From the human T2T-CHM13v2.0 reference genome, Homo sapiens: 64,000 bases of DNA. Under the pieces are notes generated by a model. That model did not search any database. It was not told the origin of the DNA and worked only from the letters and a program-made list of their open reading frames with translations. The DNA is taken from the NCBI RefSeq assembly GCF_009914755.1, contig NC_060930.1; one strand, 5' to 3'. The translations under genes were made by a program, and so were the position numbers. Shown in pieces: positions 1-17,229 of the stretch. Each line of letters starts with the position of its first letter. Positions within the stretch are counted from its first letter, which is position 1.

Positions 1-2470
1 CTGCCTTTGCAAATATACCTTCATCATGACCTGAAGACAAGGTTCAAATGTAAAATTTCTGGGCACCGTGAGGTTAACAGCACAGTATGTAGCAGTGCAG
101 GACGCTCCTGGCCTCTGGCCTGCCCCCTCCTCTTCTCACCCCAGCTCCTGAGTGGGCTCTCATGCATAGGCTCGGCCTGCTTAGACCACATGCCCAAGCT
201 CTGTGCGTGACTCACAACAGCTGCCTGTCTTCACCCCTCAGGCCCACGGGTGGTGTCACCTGCAGTGTGGTGCTCCCCAGGAAGACAGATCCTAAGGAAT
301 CCCTTCATGCAGGACCTGAAAGTGAGAACAGAGCAACTTGGGCAGGAAATTTGGGGTCCCAGTTACCTGGAATGTGGTCTACAGAAAGACACATGAGCTC
401 CAGGTGACGTCCTCACCCCAGTGGGTAGGGGCTGGATTGGGGCCCTGTAAAGCCTGGGGCCAGGGCAGAGCTGCCTCTCACTGGGTCTGGGTCAGCCAAG
501 AGCCACCATTTGTGGAATGCACTCTGTGCTGTTCTCTGTGCTCACGTGTTGTAATTTCCACGTCACAGAGTTTTCAGGGCGCTTGCTCAACTCACAGCTG
601 ATAGTGGCAGAGCCAGAATTCCATCACTGGACGGCCGTCTGACTCCAGAATCCGTGCTCTTCCTCACACTGGTTTACCATTTCTCATTAAAGGCTGGGAA
701 GCACTGGATTGGATTATCTCACGAGCCCACTTCCTTCCCAGTGATACTCTTCAGCCGTGTGAGCAGGGCAGGCCCAGCATCGCCACCTCTGCGATGAGGA
801 GGTGGTCCAGACAGTCTAAGGTTCAGACCTGCTGACTTACGTTACACACGCTCCAGGCTAAGTTCTGTTACTAAACACTCCGAATCTGGGTTTATTGACC
901 ATTTGTGAACACGGGTTATGGTGTCCTCATCTGAACTTTCTCCGGATGATCTCCCTGAGTCAGTAGGAATGTTGAAATGACTCCATCCAGGTGAACTTTC
1001 ATCCTCATGGAAAATATGTGGTTCTCTCCTGCTGCTGGCAACTCACAGTGTGGAGTAAACACATTCCCTTGGAAATGCTTGTAATTCTAGGTTTTTCCAA
1101 CATGAAAGTATTTTATCAAAATAATGCTTAGTCTAAGCAGTGTTTTTTTCTGAGTTTCGACATCTTAGCTCTATGGATCATATTTTGACTAGGGCTATGG
1201 CCCAGTGTTGATCCCATTCCTTCACTGCTGGGTCTAGGAGCAGTAACTGAATTACTAGAAAGCCTTTCACGCTTCCTCTATGCAGGCCAGCTTGGGAACT
1301 TTGATAAAGAACCTTGGGAAAAAGCAACCACTGTAGGGCTCACAGCCCCTCAGCAGTAAGGCCAATAGCCCCTGACTGTGCCTGCATGCCGCAAAGGCAC
1401 ATAGGATAACATTGAGCTAAATTAAATTTATAATGTATTTTCTATCCCCAATATTACTCCCCTAAGGTCTAGTTAACGGGCAAAGGACTGAGTACTGGAT
1501 GGTAGGATTTGGGTCAGCTGGGTAACCACCTGGCACAGTTCTGAACAGTGTGGCCGCAGGGGCGAGTTTCATATGATGGTCCACAGAGGAGCGATTTCAG
1601 TCTGTATGTGTTTCCCTGGGCAGTGGCAGGATGGGTTCCTGTTTACTGTTCTCATTTGTCCGGTTGTGAAAGAGTTTGTTTCATTCTTTTTGTTTGTTAA
1701 CATCTTCAGCCCTGCAGCAACTAACCTCCGGGCTCTTCAGATAGTCTTGTGAGGTGAGAGCGGCAAGAATCCAATGTGGTCATTTTTTAAATTTTAATCT
1801 CAATCTTTTTTCCTTTTAGAATACTATTCAGTAACAGTTTAGAGCCGTAGACCAGCATGCCTTTAGCAAAATGACCTCATGACTCGGCATCCCAAGTTGT
1901 GAGTTCTAGTCCTGGTTGTGCCACTTTCTAACTTTCACTTCGCGCCTCAGTTTTGTTAATGTCAATTGGAGATAGAAGTGTTTGCCTTGCATACCTGGAG
2001 AGATGGGCAGGCATCTAACTGAGGACCATTTCGACAGTCATGAGTGGGTTAACCAAGGTGACAGGAAGGTGAGCAAGACGTAGCTCCTGCTCTCAATGGA
2101 AAATCAACATGTCAATGGCTAATGATGGCCTGGTGTGTGGGTGAAAGAAATTGAGACTTTGAAGTACTTTCCATGAAAAATTATTATTAAGCATTAATAG
2201 AGTAGGTTGGAAGGTAAGATGAACCCAGCCAGTCTGGGACTCTCAGAAGCTGAATTGGCCCAAGTTAGTGCCAGGCACGAAGAACAGACTCACAGTTCAT
2301 CTGATGGCAGCTTCTAGGGCTGAGCTTGCAAAACACAAATCTGTGTAGTCAAGGTTTTGCCTACTCTTTTTGGAGTTGTTCATAAGCATGGTACCAAAAA
2401 AAAAAAAAAGATTCTGAGCTCAAATAAGTTTGGGCAATGCTGTATACTGCATGCCCCTTGACAATTTCTT

Positions 2471-2772
<302 letters not shown>

Positions 2773-4599
2773 GACAATTTCTTATACACGTTAACAGTTA
2801 AAGATTCTGGAAACGGGAAAGTTTGGCATTAAATAAATCTGTACTTTTGCTTACCTCTGTTTAATTTAAATTTGTGCATGCAAGACTTTTTCAATTCCCC
2901 TTTTATAATACCTCATTGAGAAGTGTTCCACAAGGCACCAGTTTGGGAAACACTGAATGGTAAATGTTATGGCAGACATCTGAAGTGATTATAAGAGAAT
3001 CAGATAAGGTCGTAGATGTGTTGGCTCAAATCTATTTCTAGTAGTAAAAAAACAAAAACCTAAGGCACGTGATCTACAGACCGTGGGTCAGTAAATCAAA
3101 ACAAAAACAGGTGATCATTGCATTATTATTTATGGTTTATGCAAGATGTAAATGTGCTAATCCATCCAGCACTCTATTTCAACTTTCTTGTTACCTCGCC
3201 TGGGTATTTCTTACTTAAACCTAATATTTTATTTTAGAGCTAGATTTGAATCTGTTACTTTTACAAATTTGGGTGGGTCATGTGACCCATTTTCTTCCAT
3301 CATTTAACATGAATGAAAATACGGGACTGTTCTGAGGATAAGGGACATTACCTGTAAAACCAGCTCCCCCGTGCATGGCACACAGTAGGTCCTTTGTACG
3401 TCAGTGCTCTTTTTTGCCCTCCAAACTGTTACTAAAAACACTTGTGGTGGCTTTATGCAAAGTCGGTAGGATTTTCAAATGAAGCTGTTACTAACTCTCC
3501 AAGGCTGTTGTAAGATTTAGGGGGAATTTTTGTTTCATGCTTCTTCCATTTGTACAGGCAAAAAAGGAAAACATAAAATTGTTGACTTCTGGTGCCACTT
3601 CCTTCTTAACCCAGGAAAGGAGACCGTGGGTGTCAGTGTGAGCTCATCACTGAAAGCTGAAGTGGCATGGCTGCGATTGTGGCTGTGGCCCACTCTGGAG
3701 CCTGGGGAGAGTCTTCTGTCTGTGGTGGCCGGCTGTGGCCAGGACTAATGTCATCCAACAGGCTCACTTCCTTCATCCAGTTTTTCTTTTTACCTATGTG
3801 CTTATGTAACTTGAGGGGGAAAATTTTTGCCAAAAACCCAGAGGGAAGTGGCAATCTACTTTTGTTCTTATGGTGTCTTTGTTCTACAGAATCTCCTTTT
3901 TGAAAAAGTTGAGACCACCCATCCACGCATCCGTCCACCCACCCATTCATTCACCTGCCAGCAACATCCAACATCACCACTTACCAGCTCACCTACTGTG
4001 GACTAGGCTATAACGTTCCTACCCTCATGGAACTTATTGTCTAGAAGTGGTGACTTTAGCACTCAATGGAGGGCCCACACATTGCTATCTGTAGGCAACC
4101 ATAAGGGACACTTTCCTAAGTGACCAGCAGTCTGGTATACAGCATGACTAAATTGTAGCTCTTGTCTGAAAATCTCAAAATGCACTTTCAAGAGAATAAA
4201 TGAATAAAGATTGGCTACCTATTAACCATTGGTGGTCACTCAGACTTTTGATCTCCATCTTCCAAGCAAAGTCTTGGGTCCGAGATCCTCTGATATGAAA
4301 GATGCCATCTCTGCTTTCAAACAGGTGCAGTTGTCAGCTCACACTCACCATTCAAGACATGTGACTCTAATGCAATATGGTTTTGTTTTACAAGGCCTAA
4401 AGCCTTGAAAGATGCATTCACTGAAAAACAGTGAAAGTGTCCAGGCTTCTGGTCAATCCCTGTGGGAAAAGCCCACGACCAGGACTCACTGTCCTCCTGA
4501 AACATTTCCTGATTAGAGTGTGAGAAGTACAAACCTTCTGGATACAAGAGAAAAAAAGACCTGTGGAGAGGGCAAACGATGGTGGGTGCATTTAAGTGT

Positions 4600-5340
4600 C
4601 AGGCATGAAGTGCATAGTTCCTGCAGCTATCTCATTTAATTCTCCCAACGATTCTATAAAGTGGGTTGTATTTCCCGAATAGGAGACCGAGGCTCAGAGA
4701 GGTCAAGTAATTGACCAAGAAGCCAATCCGGGTATACCTGCCTTCTAGTGTATTGCCCTTTTCAGCTGTGCTACATGGCATTCTGTTTGGAAGCTTGAAT
4801 ACAGTAGCAAAGATGTCTGATGGATTAGGCAATTGAGCTATTGTGCCCCAATCTCCTAACTTCTCCACAGCTGCAGCCCTACTTTTTTGCAGCAACAATC
4901 ATGTCTTCACCCCATGGGGTGGTGGAGTAAGGAGCCTGCGGAGGCTCCCAGGTGGCTCTGTCCTTTACCAGCTGGGTGGCCATCAAGGGACCACTCCCAA
5001 TCGTTATACCTCAGTTTCCTCAGTTTACCAAAAAGGAAATAATAGTATGCTAAAATGAAAATAATAACAATAAAGAGCACTGGGATAGGAGGCGTAGAAG
5101 CTTAAACCTGGGAGTAAAGACAGACATGTATTTGAATCTACTGTCTGCCATTTACAAGTTATGTGACCTTGGGGAAGCTCCTTAAATTCTTTAGGCTTCA
5201 ATGTCCTCATCTGGCAAATGGAAAACACAACACTACCTCCCTCGGGTTATTGTGGCAAGGATTGAATGAATGTATGTAAATACCTAGCGCAGTGACTGGA
5301 AGGCTGTAATCACTCAATAAAGTTAGCTACTGTTATTACC
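4600..5340. mobile_element. Cluster of MIR fragments
   Basis: gaccgaggctcagagaggtcaagtaattgaccaag; ttgaatctactgtctgccattta...gtgaccttggggaag...ctcatctggcaaatgg. Confidence 0.7.
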
Positions 5341-6471
5341 CACAGTTGACTAACTCAGAGGGCTGTTGTAAAGTTTACTCTATTGTGTTACTTATCATTA
5401 GTGGTGGCAGTGGTTGTGGTTGTAATGGGTGTTTACTATTAATATTTTTCTTTGTGGTTATGTGCTTGAAGAAGGGCCAAATGACAGAGTTACATCTTAC
5501 CCTGAAATACGTAGATCTCAACCAAACATCCCTAGATCTCAGGAGCAAAAATTATGAGATAAGAGCAAGTTCACCAAGAGTGGCCGTTACAGGTGAAGTA
5601 AGCGTTTGCAGAAAATATTGAGCCTTCCCATAACACAGTTGATCCTCTCCCCCGGCCAGTGCTGGCACTCACCAGCATTTATTCACAGGCCAAGGATTTG
5701 TGCCAATCATTTTGGCTGGAAAAGTGTGCCAAAGAGACAACCTGGACATCAGGAAAAGAACAATGCAGGATGGTGGTGTTTGGGTAAGGCATCACAGAAG
5801 CTCCAGGCCCACAGCTGTCCCTGCTGGAACTCCCCTGGTGCACTCAGCCCTTCAAAAGCAGACAAAAATGCTCTGCAAGGAAATGAAGAAGTTCACAAAA
5901 CAGACTGGTCTCTGTCCACAATGGGTATGCAAATTGTGGCCCATGTGGAGACACTTCCTTCTCCCATACCCATGGCAGTCATCACTAACCAATGATGTTA
6001 CTCTTTCCTGCTGAGCCCAGGCAGAGCTTCAGAATCCTTCCCAGCAAAGCACACCTGGCATATGCTACTGAAAGATCAGCATTTTCATGTAGGCTGAAAT
6101 CTAGTGGTAATCTCACTTCATAATACCAGCCTAGTAGTCTTCCAGCATTTCTAAAAATGGTGGCAACGGCAGACCCTACTGGTTTCCTATCTAACAGAGA
6201 CTCACCTATTCTTGGTCTTTCTTGGCAGAGTCTACTTTGCACTATGGAGGCTGAAATGTCAGGTATTCCATTTCCCAGTCTCCTCTGCAATTAGGAAGGT
6301 TATATGGCCTATTCCTGGCCAGAGAGACAAAAGGGGACACTTTCTATATTGTATTTTCTCTGATAAAAAGAGATGTGCAAAGAGAAACACGACTCTTGGG
6401 ACTTGCATATGTGAGGCTGTAATGTCTGGAGCTATGGCCATCATCTCCTAACCATAAGGACCTAAGCCTAA

Positions 6472-7369
<898 letters not shown>

Positions 7370-7539
7370 TAGCAGAGAACACTCCTGGTAGCAAAGCTAA
7401 TGATGCCAACTTCTCACTTTCTCAGCTTCCTATGCAATTCAGAATGGGCGTATTATGTAAGTTCCACCAATCATACGCACCCATGCCAAGCCTTGCTTAA
7501 GAAGCTCATAGTATATAGAAATAGAGGTGGTACACAATC

Positions 7540-7860
7540 CATGCTAGTGAAGAAGCCAGGAGCTATGTCCAGTTTCCGCAGGCAGTCTTGACAGCGGCTG
7601 TGGCTGCAGCCACAGCTGGAGTCTGGTGACGTCCAGTGTCAGGAGTGCCGCTAGTGTTGGCGATGCCCTGCAGTATCAGTGGTGGCATTATTTGGAGTGG
7701 GTAGGGGAGGGATTTCCTGGGGGCGTTACTTCCAAGCCTGGCTCTCCATCCTGCCAAGAGAATTTTTGAGCTTCTCAATGTCCTTTTAATCAATTCCCAT
7801 CTTGCTTAAAATAGCAAAACTGGTTTCTGCTGCTACAACTAAGAATTTTAACTGGTAACT
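7540..7860 (+). mobile_element. ERVL LTR (LTR33-like)
   Basis: 3' end ttgcttaaaatagcaaaactggtttctgctgctacaactaagaa resembles LTR33. Confidence 0.55.
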
Positions 7861-8904
7861 CATATCCAATGGCAACTATGGATGACACCATCTGAAAGGA
7901 GTCCTTTGTTAGCAAACTGCTCACTTGCCGTCTCATTTGAGTGCATAAACAGATACATCTCTAAGTCCTAGTGTGTAAAATTTGGAATATTTCTACTTTT
8001 ATTAATTTGGATTTCCATGGTGAGGAAGGTATAAACTCAACAAAATTGTTAAAAGAATCCTCCAGAAACACACATGAGACAATATTTTCTACTTCCTGGA
8101 AGGAAACAGGAGCTTAGCCTGTGTCTTTTTTGCATTTGCTCAGAGTGTCCACATTGACACAGTTACCATGGTAAGAGCTTCCTTTTGAAAGCACAGTGGA
8201 ATCAGCCCATTCAGAGCGTGTTGTAGCAGGCATGTGATTCTTTCCTGCTTCCATAGACACCAATTTCATTGTAGGCTCCATGTATTGTTGTCTTCTTCCT
8301 GAGACCTTGGGTTGGGGCCAGCTGAGCGGGTTTTGATAGCAGCTGTTTCTCTCCTGATTATTTTTTGATTTCTTTGATAGATGAGGCTGCGAGTGAACAC
8401 TTACATCACGTGCAGAAGTGATATGAGAGCCAGGAGCAGAACCAAACCTCCTCCTGGAAGATTCTTATGCTATTTAGGCCTTCAGAGTAGACCAGATGGC
8501 TGACACTGACCCTTTAGCTATTCAGTAGTCTGTAGACTAAAACTCCTGCCATAGGCTCACTTGCCTCAGATCTTAATTTCCTGATACTCTTCTCATCCTT
8601 AAACCCTTTCTTCTTTAGTTAGTCAGTAATAACAATAGTCACCTTTAATAAGTACATACTATCAACCTTCCCACAAGCTATATGCTTTATATACATTATT
8701 TCATTTAATCCTTCTATCTCCTCTGCGAGGTATTATTACCCCCATTTTATCAATGAGAAAACTGAGATGCAGAGGGGTTAAGAAATTTACATAAGGTCCC
8801 TTTGAGAGGTTGACATTATTAGGATCTTCTCCTATGTCCATGCTTTATCTCCCAGACAGACTCTTTGAAAGCAGGAACCAAGTAACATTGATCAGTCTCA
8901 CACC

Positions 8905-9065
8905 CACAGTGTTAGAATGCCCTGATTTGTATCATTGGCCTATTTCCATTGTGTAAATACTCCCATCATCACTCACTTCAGGCTACCAGTGTGAAGTCAC
9001 TGGGAGCAGATGTGTACAATGGGCTCCCACAAGCCAGGGAAAGCCAGCTATGGCAGCTTGCTGGC
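8905..9065. mobile_element. MER63-like hAT DNA transposon relic
   Basis: atttccattgtgtaaatactcccatcat...ttcaggctaccagtgtgaagtcactg. Confidence 0.55.
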
Positions 9066-12000
9066 CCCTGAGATATGCATAGTTACCTAAGGGGTCTAGC
9101 CCCAAACTCTGCTTGTCTGTTGGGGTGGGATTTGGCTCTGTCATTCTCTAACAGCTGTTAAAACATAGTACCTTGGAAGAATCTGCTAATGTGGGTGGCG
9201 GATACTTCACCCAAATCTTACTCTGTGCCCTCTCAGGGTAGGACACTCAAGCTTAGTCCCAAAGGGAACACACCCCTCCGCATGAGGTGATGTTTAGGCA
9301 GAGGGAAGCTGTGTGACCCATGGCGTCCCTTCTAAATGAAAGCAAAACAGCTAAAACAAAGCCTTTTTGCTGTGATTTGGAGTAATAAGGTGAGGAATCT
9401 CTTCTAAGAATGATTAACCATAAAGGCATGCAAAATATGTCTGACCGAACACAAAGTTTAATGATATCGTATTCTTCCTGCCAATGACAGACCTTTTCAT
9501 CATTCTCTTATGTCTGAGATGCTCTTGTTTAAATGAAAACAAAATTCCTCTTGTTTAAGATCTGATCACACTTACCACGCTTACCTTCACTAACAGGAAG
9601 GTGTTTTAAAATGCTTACAGTAAGAGATGCTGGATTCTGTGTTTCTAAAACAAGTGTGCTTAGAACAGTAAGTAAATATGTACATTGTGTGGTTAGGAGA
9701 GAAATGGATTTCTAGTTCTTAGTAAATCTCCAAAGAGTTCCAAATCTCTTAAGTTAATGAAATTGGAAACAATATTTGGCAGCTCAGTAATAGAATGACC
9801 TCATAGGTATGCATGCTTAGATTAGGGAACTCATTCATTCTTTCAACAAAATTTTATTGAATATCTCTTAGGTGCAAGACACTCCGTAAGGGTCTGGGGA
9901 TATAAAGAAGAGAAAAACCCAGGCCAATGACTGGAGATGAAGTGGCTAACGGATGCTTCCAGGGGTTGGCAAGCAACAACCTGAGGGTACAACCCAGCTG
10001 CAGCCTGGGGTTTACTGGAGCGTGGCCACACCCACCACTTATGCATCTGCTGTGGCCACTTCAACTCAGGCACCCAGTTGAGTAGCAGCTGGGACAGAGA
10101 CCGCTTGTCCATGGAGCCTAAAACACTCACTGGCCCTTGAGAGAAAGAGTTTTCCAGCCTCTGGTCTTAGGAGAGAGAATGTAGGCCCAGACTATGGTGC
10201 TATGGGGAGCAAAGATGAGGAGACGGAGTGGGATGAACTTTAGAAGGTAGAATCTGTCGGGTGGGGAGCAGAGTGTAGGACCAAGGATAATACCCAAGTT
10301 GTCAATGGGGCCTGGAGGGAGAGCCCTCTGCTTCCAGGCCACTTCCTTCCCACCCCGTGAGCCCTGAGTACACAGCACGCCCAGCATTTCCTGCTGCCCA
10401 ATAGAGCAAACTATTTATATGCTTCTCAAAAAATCCCTTTATTTAATGTGAACTTTTTTTCTAGAGGTCTTGGGACAGTAAGTCTAAAATGAACACCTCT
10501 CTTTTTAAAAGTAACAGTTGACTGGAATATTGTCAACTGCTTTATCTCATGCTGCCATAGCAGTAAAGGGGAGGCCAGCCACTTAGAGAAAATAAAGAAA
10601 TGTTGGACTTGGTAAGTTAAAACCTGTAACGGTGTTTTTCATCATCATGATCATGACTGTACTAATCCAAAATAAGGCACTATCAGATAATTAATCTTTC
10701 ACAGATAAAAATTTAACAAAGCAGTAGCTAGGTTACTTGACAGTAAATCTTTGCTTTATTTCTTTATCTTAATTAGAGAAATAACGATGGGTTAGGCTAA
10801 AGGCAGGTGAGTCAGTCTGCTAGGGGAAAGGTGACCTTGACGACTTGTTAACTGTTCATCTGCTCTTTAACCCACCCAGAGGTCCTAAATGTCACACGCT
10901 TCATGAATTACGCCACGTGAAGTTCATCAGTGCCAAACGACCTTATTAATGACTATTTGACCCAACAAACATGATTGAGGCCCTCTGGGTGTAGGCACTG
11001 CTGTGCCCATGCCCTGCCCTGGGGTGGCAGAAATACCAACAAGACCAGGCACTGCCCTTTAAGGAGCTCACAAACCAGCATGAGAGGACGGAGCTTCCAC
11101 AGGTGTCCCAAGAAGTCAAATGTAATCCCTTTTTAGCAGAGGTGGAACCATCCTGACAGCTAGTGCTCTATCTTCCCATCACGTCTTCCCAATTCTCCTG
11201 CCAATAGCGCCAACAGCCTCCTCTGGCCTCCCTGGCCCTGCACCCACTAAATGATTTGAATGGAAGCTGCTGCTGAACACAGAACACTTCCCCGCCCCGG
11301 CCCAACTCTGACGCCTCCTTCCTGCCCCTGGGCTCCTTGGTGAATGAAGTTTGATCCCTGCCTCTTGGCATCACTGCCCTTCCTAGAGTTTGGTTTTGAG
11401 ACCCATAAATTGCCCATATTTGCATAAATTAGTTTGAAGTTTCTGGCCCTTGCAGAAAAATCCTGATGAATAAGAATGTGGCCAAGAAAGCCCAGGAGAG
11501 GGAGTGGTTATTTCCAGCTGGGGGCACTGGAGAGGGTTTCTGCAGACAGAGGCGGGAAGGGCGCGCCCAGCAGCAGGTACTGTGCATGCAAAGGCCAGGC
11601 AGGGTATGGCGGATTCAGGGAAGAAGGCCATGGCTGATGCAATTGGATCTATTTGGGGGAGAGAAGAAGGCCACGGCTGGAGAGAAAGAGGAAAAAGAAA
11701 CACAATTCAAAAGCCAGAATATCTGTGATGAACTTCGAATGCAGGTGAGGAGTTCCCCAAGTCAGGAGTCAGGAGTGCCATCATTTTAGCCTTCCTTGGG
11801 TACAAATTACACTTCGAGCAAGTGGCAATCTTAGGGCAGCATTAGAGAGCAGAATGCCATGTTCAGCTGGTTTTTCTCTCTCCTTTCTGACCTCTCACTT
11901 CTTGGTATCTCTGTAATTAGGGCTTGCTTACCTGTTTCTGATTGCCAGTGTCCATGACTAGATATCTGGGAGGAATAAGCTGCTTAACATGCACTCTACT

Positions 12001-12237
12001 CTGAAATACGGTCTTTTGGTTGGGCTTTAATTTGCCTGCGGCTGCTGCTAACAAGTTTTAAAATGTATATTCTGGGTCTGGCCCTTGGAATATAGAAGCT
12101 ACACGTGAAAGCCGCATTGTGTGTGTGCTGCTCACAGATGAATGTACTCCATCCCTAAATGTGAAGACCTCTCAGATCTTTGGAAGGAATGGACTCTCTT
12201 TGTCTTTGTTAAAGCAGGAGATCTTAGTAAAAAGTAT

Positions 12238-12525
<288 letters not shown>

Positions 12526-13825
12526 TTAAGTTTTGAAGGCAGCTTCTGAAAGTCTGAGCCTCCTACACGTGGCTAAGACAAAATACAGAAAGAAGCGGAG
12601 AGCACACCCAGGACTTCTCTGCGCTATTTTTGCATCTTCCCCTGAGTCTGTAATTACTTTCAAGATTTTTTTTTTAATGGGGCAGAGTCTGCGGTTAAAT
12701 ACATATGGGAACTGCTGGGCATTGTATCATCTGCTAGAGATCCACAAACCACATGACCATTCCAAAAGTTCTGAGAGGTCCTGCAGCAAAATAACAAGAT
12801 TCGTTACTGGGAGTAACAACTTAGTACCCCCTTCTATATGCTTAGCTACACCCTGCAGAGTTGAATTGTTTGTTTTCTCAAAGAGGTCAGTTTTTGAGAG
12901 ACCAGAAACAAAGCCTGGAGAGGCCACGGGTAGAGATTAGAATTCACGCAAGGGCTCTTGGCTGCCTCTCCTGAGAAGTATATTTGGAGCCTGCCAGCCC
13001 TGCAGTGTGCCGGGCAGGGAACCTCCACAGGCTCAGACACCTAGCATTCCTTCCCGTTATAAACAATGCTGTCTGTGAGGCCTGCAAACACTGGCCTGTA
13101 GTGTCCTGGAGGCCACAGGGGTGAGAGTGAGCCCAGCTCATGTGCAGGACAGTGAGGAGGACAGAATGACCAGGGCAGAGAGGGCAACACGCTGGGAAAG
13201 TGATGGAAATAGGAATCAGACCAGTGCTAATTGTGTGCTATGCAGTGAGGCGATTGCAAGAATACGATAGCTGTTGGCCTTAAGAAGCCTCATTGACATC
13301 TAATTGGTTGGAAATACTGGGACAGATTAAGCCAGGACACAATTAACTATATTACAAAGGAGAAGATGAATGTCCTAATATGCCACAAGGATTCAAAGAG
13401 AAGGAGTCATAACTGTTCTAAGAGACAGAACTATTCTGAGAGGCTCCTTGGAGGAAGTGGTGTTAAGGAGGGTCTTGAGGAATAAGTAGAATTTCAAAGG
13501 CAATCTCTATATTATATCAGCTCAGAATACTACCAACTGTAAGGAATGGAACCCCCAACTGACAGGGCTCACCCAATTAAGCATTAATGCTGTTTGACTG
13601 TGTCATAAGAAGTCTGGAAGTCAATGGACAGATCTTAAAAATAGGCTAAGAGATCAAAAGCCCACCCAAAAGACTATGTTCCATGCAACTCCATTTATAT
13701 GGCGTTCTAGAAAAGGCAAAGCGATAGTAACAGAAAATACAGAGCAGTAGTTGCCAGGGCCTGGCAAGGCGTAGTAGTGGAATGACTACAAACGGGCACA
13801 GGGGACTTTTTGGGGTGATAGAAAC

Positions 13826-14491
<666 letters not shown>

Positions 14492-15019
14492 GAACATTCT
14501 ATATGTCGGTTGTGATGGTGGCGACATCACAATACATTTGCCAAATCTATAGAGCTGCACCTTTAAAATAGGGTAAATTTTTATATATCTCAATAAACCT
14601 TTTTTTTGTTGTTGTTACAAAAGAATATGTATCCACTGGAAAAAAGAAAGAAAAAAGAAAGAAAATGAAATAAAAATACAAAAAGCCCAAAAGAGGAACA
14701 TTAGAATCCCCACCCCCACCCCGCCAATGTTGAGGTCTGTCCTTTCAGTATTTGCTACAATCTAATTGGGATTATGCTGTGCATGTTTGATAATCTTTTT
14801 TCTAAAACTGAAGTTTGAGTGTCTTAGGAGTATCCCATCATGTGAATGTACCAAAAGTTAATTAACCAGTTCCCCATTTTGAGGGAATTCATCATTTCCA
14901 TTTTTTCCTGATACAAATAATCCTCTGCTGCATCAGTACCCATAAGATTAGGGTATCGTGCATAGACCCATAATGTTCCCTAGTTGGTGTATTTGGTGAA
15001 AAGGTGTGAACACTTTTAG

Positions 15020-15327
<308 letters not shown>

Positions 15328-15650
15328 ACTTTTAGTGACTAAGATGCACACGTCTTGGCACACGTGAGTGTCATATTCATCCCTCTTGAGAGATTCTATT
15401 TTTAAGTCATTGCAACTCATGTGAAGTCGCGTCTCAGGAATGCAGGAGCTGGGCGAGCTGTGGAATGTTATGTGAGGAATATGTCCAAGTTTCTTGAAAG
15501 TTTCACAAACTGCTTCTAAAGGCAATTTCAGAAGGAGGGATCTTCAGGGTTGCTCTCAACAATCAACAAACTAGGTACACAGCCTCACAAGACGATGACC
15601 TCTTTGGCAAACAGTTCTCATGTAGACAGAGAAATCCCACACATTTGCTC

Positions 15651-16424
<774 letters not shown>

Positions 16425-16449
16425 AGCCTCTTGATGGATTGTAAAAATC

Positions 16450-16667
16450 ATTCATTCTTAGCTGGGGGAAATTTTCCCCTTGGGGGCATTTAGCAATATC
16501 TGAAGACATTTTTGATTGCCATGATTGATTGGGGGTGGTCCTGGTGCTACTAGCTCTAGTGGGTAGAGGCCGAGGACACGCTCCCCATCCTGTTATGCCC
16601 AGGACAGCACCCACAACATGGAAGCATGTAGTCTAAAGTGTTGGTAGTACTGCGATTGAGAAACTGA
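16450..16667. mobile_element. MER20 (hAT-Charlie)
   Basis: ggcatttagcaatatctgaagacatttttgattgccat...tagtgggtagaggcc...attgagaaactg. Confidence 0.85.
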
Positions 16668-16891
16668 TGTAACTCAAACATCCCATATTGGTTAGCACTT
16701 CAACATATCTTGTAGGGGGATACAGTTCAATCTATAACAGATCTCCCATTTAATTTTATTCTGGCCTTACCCCAAGTTAGACATCTGAATCATTACAGTG
16801 ATGATAAATGGTTGCTCAAATGCAAGGCAGTTTTACTTGGAGGCATGGATGAAAGCTAGATGTAACAGGAAATGAGAAACCTCTATTTTAA

Positions 16892-17229
<338 letters not shown>

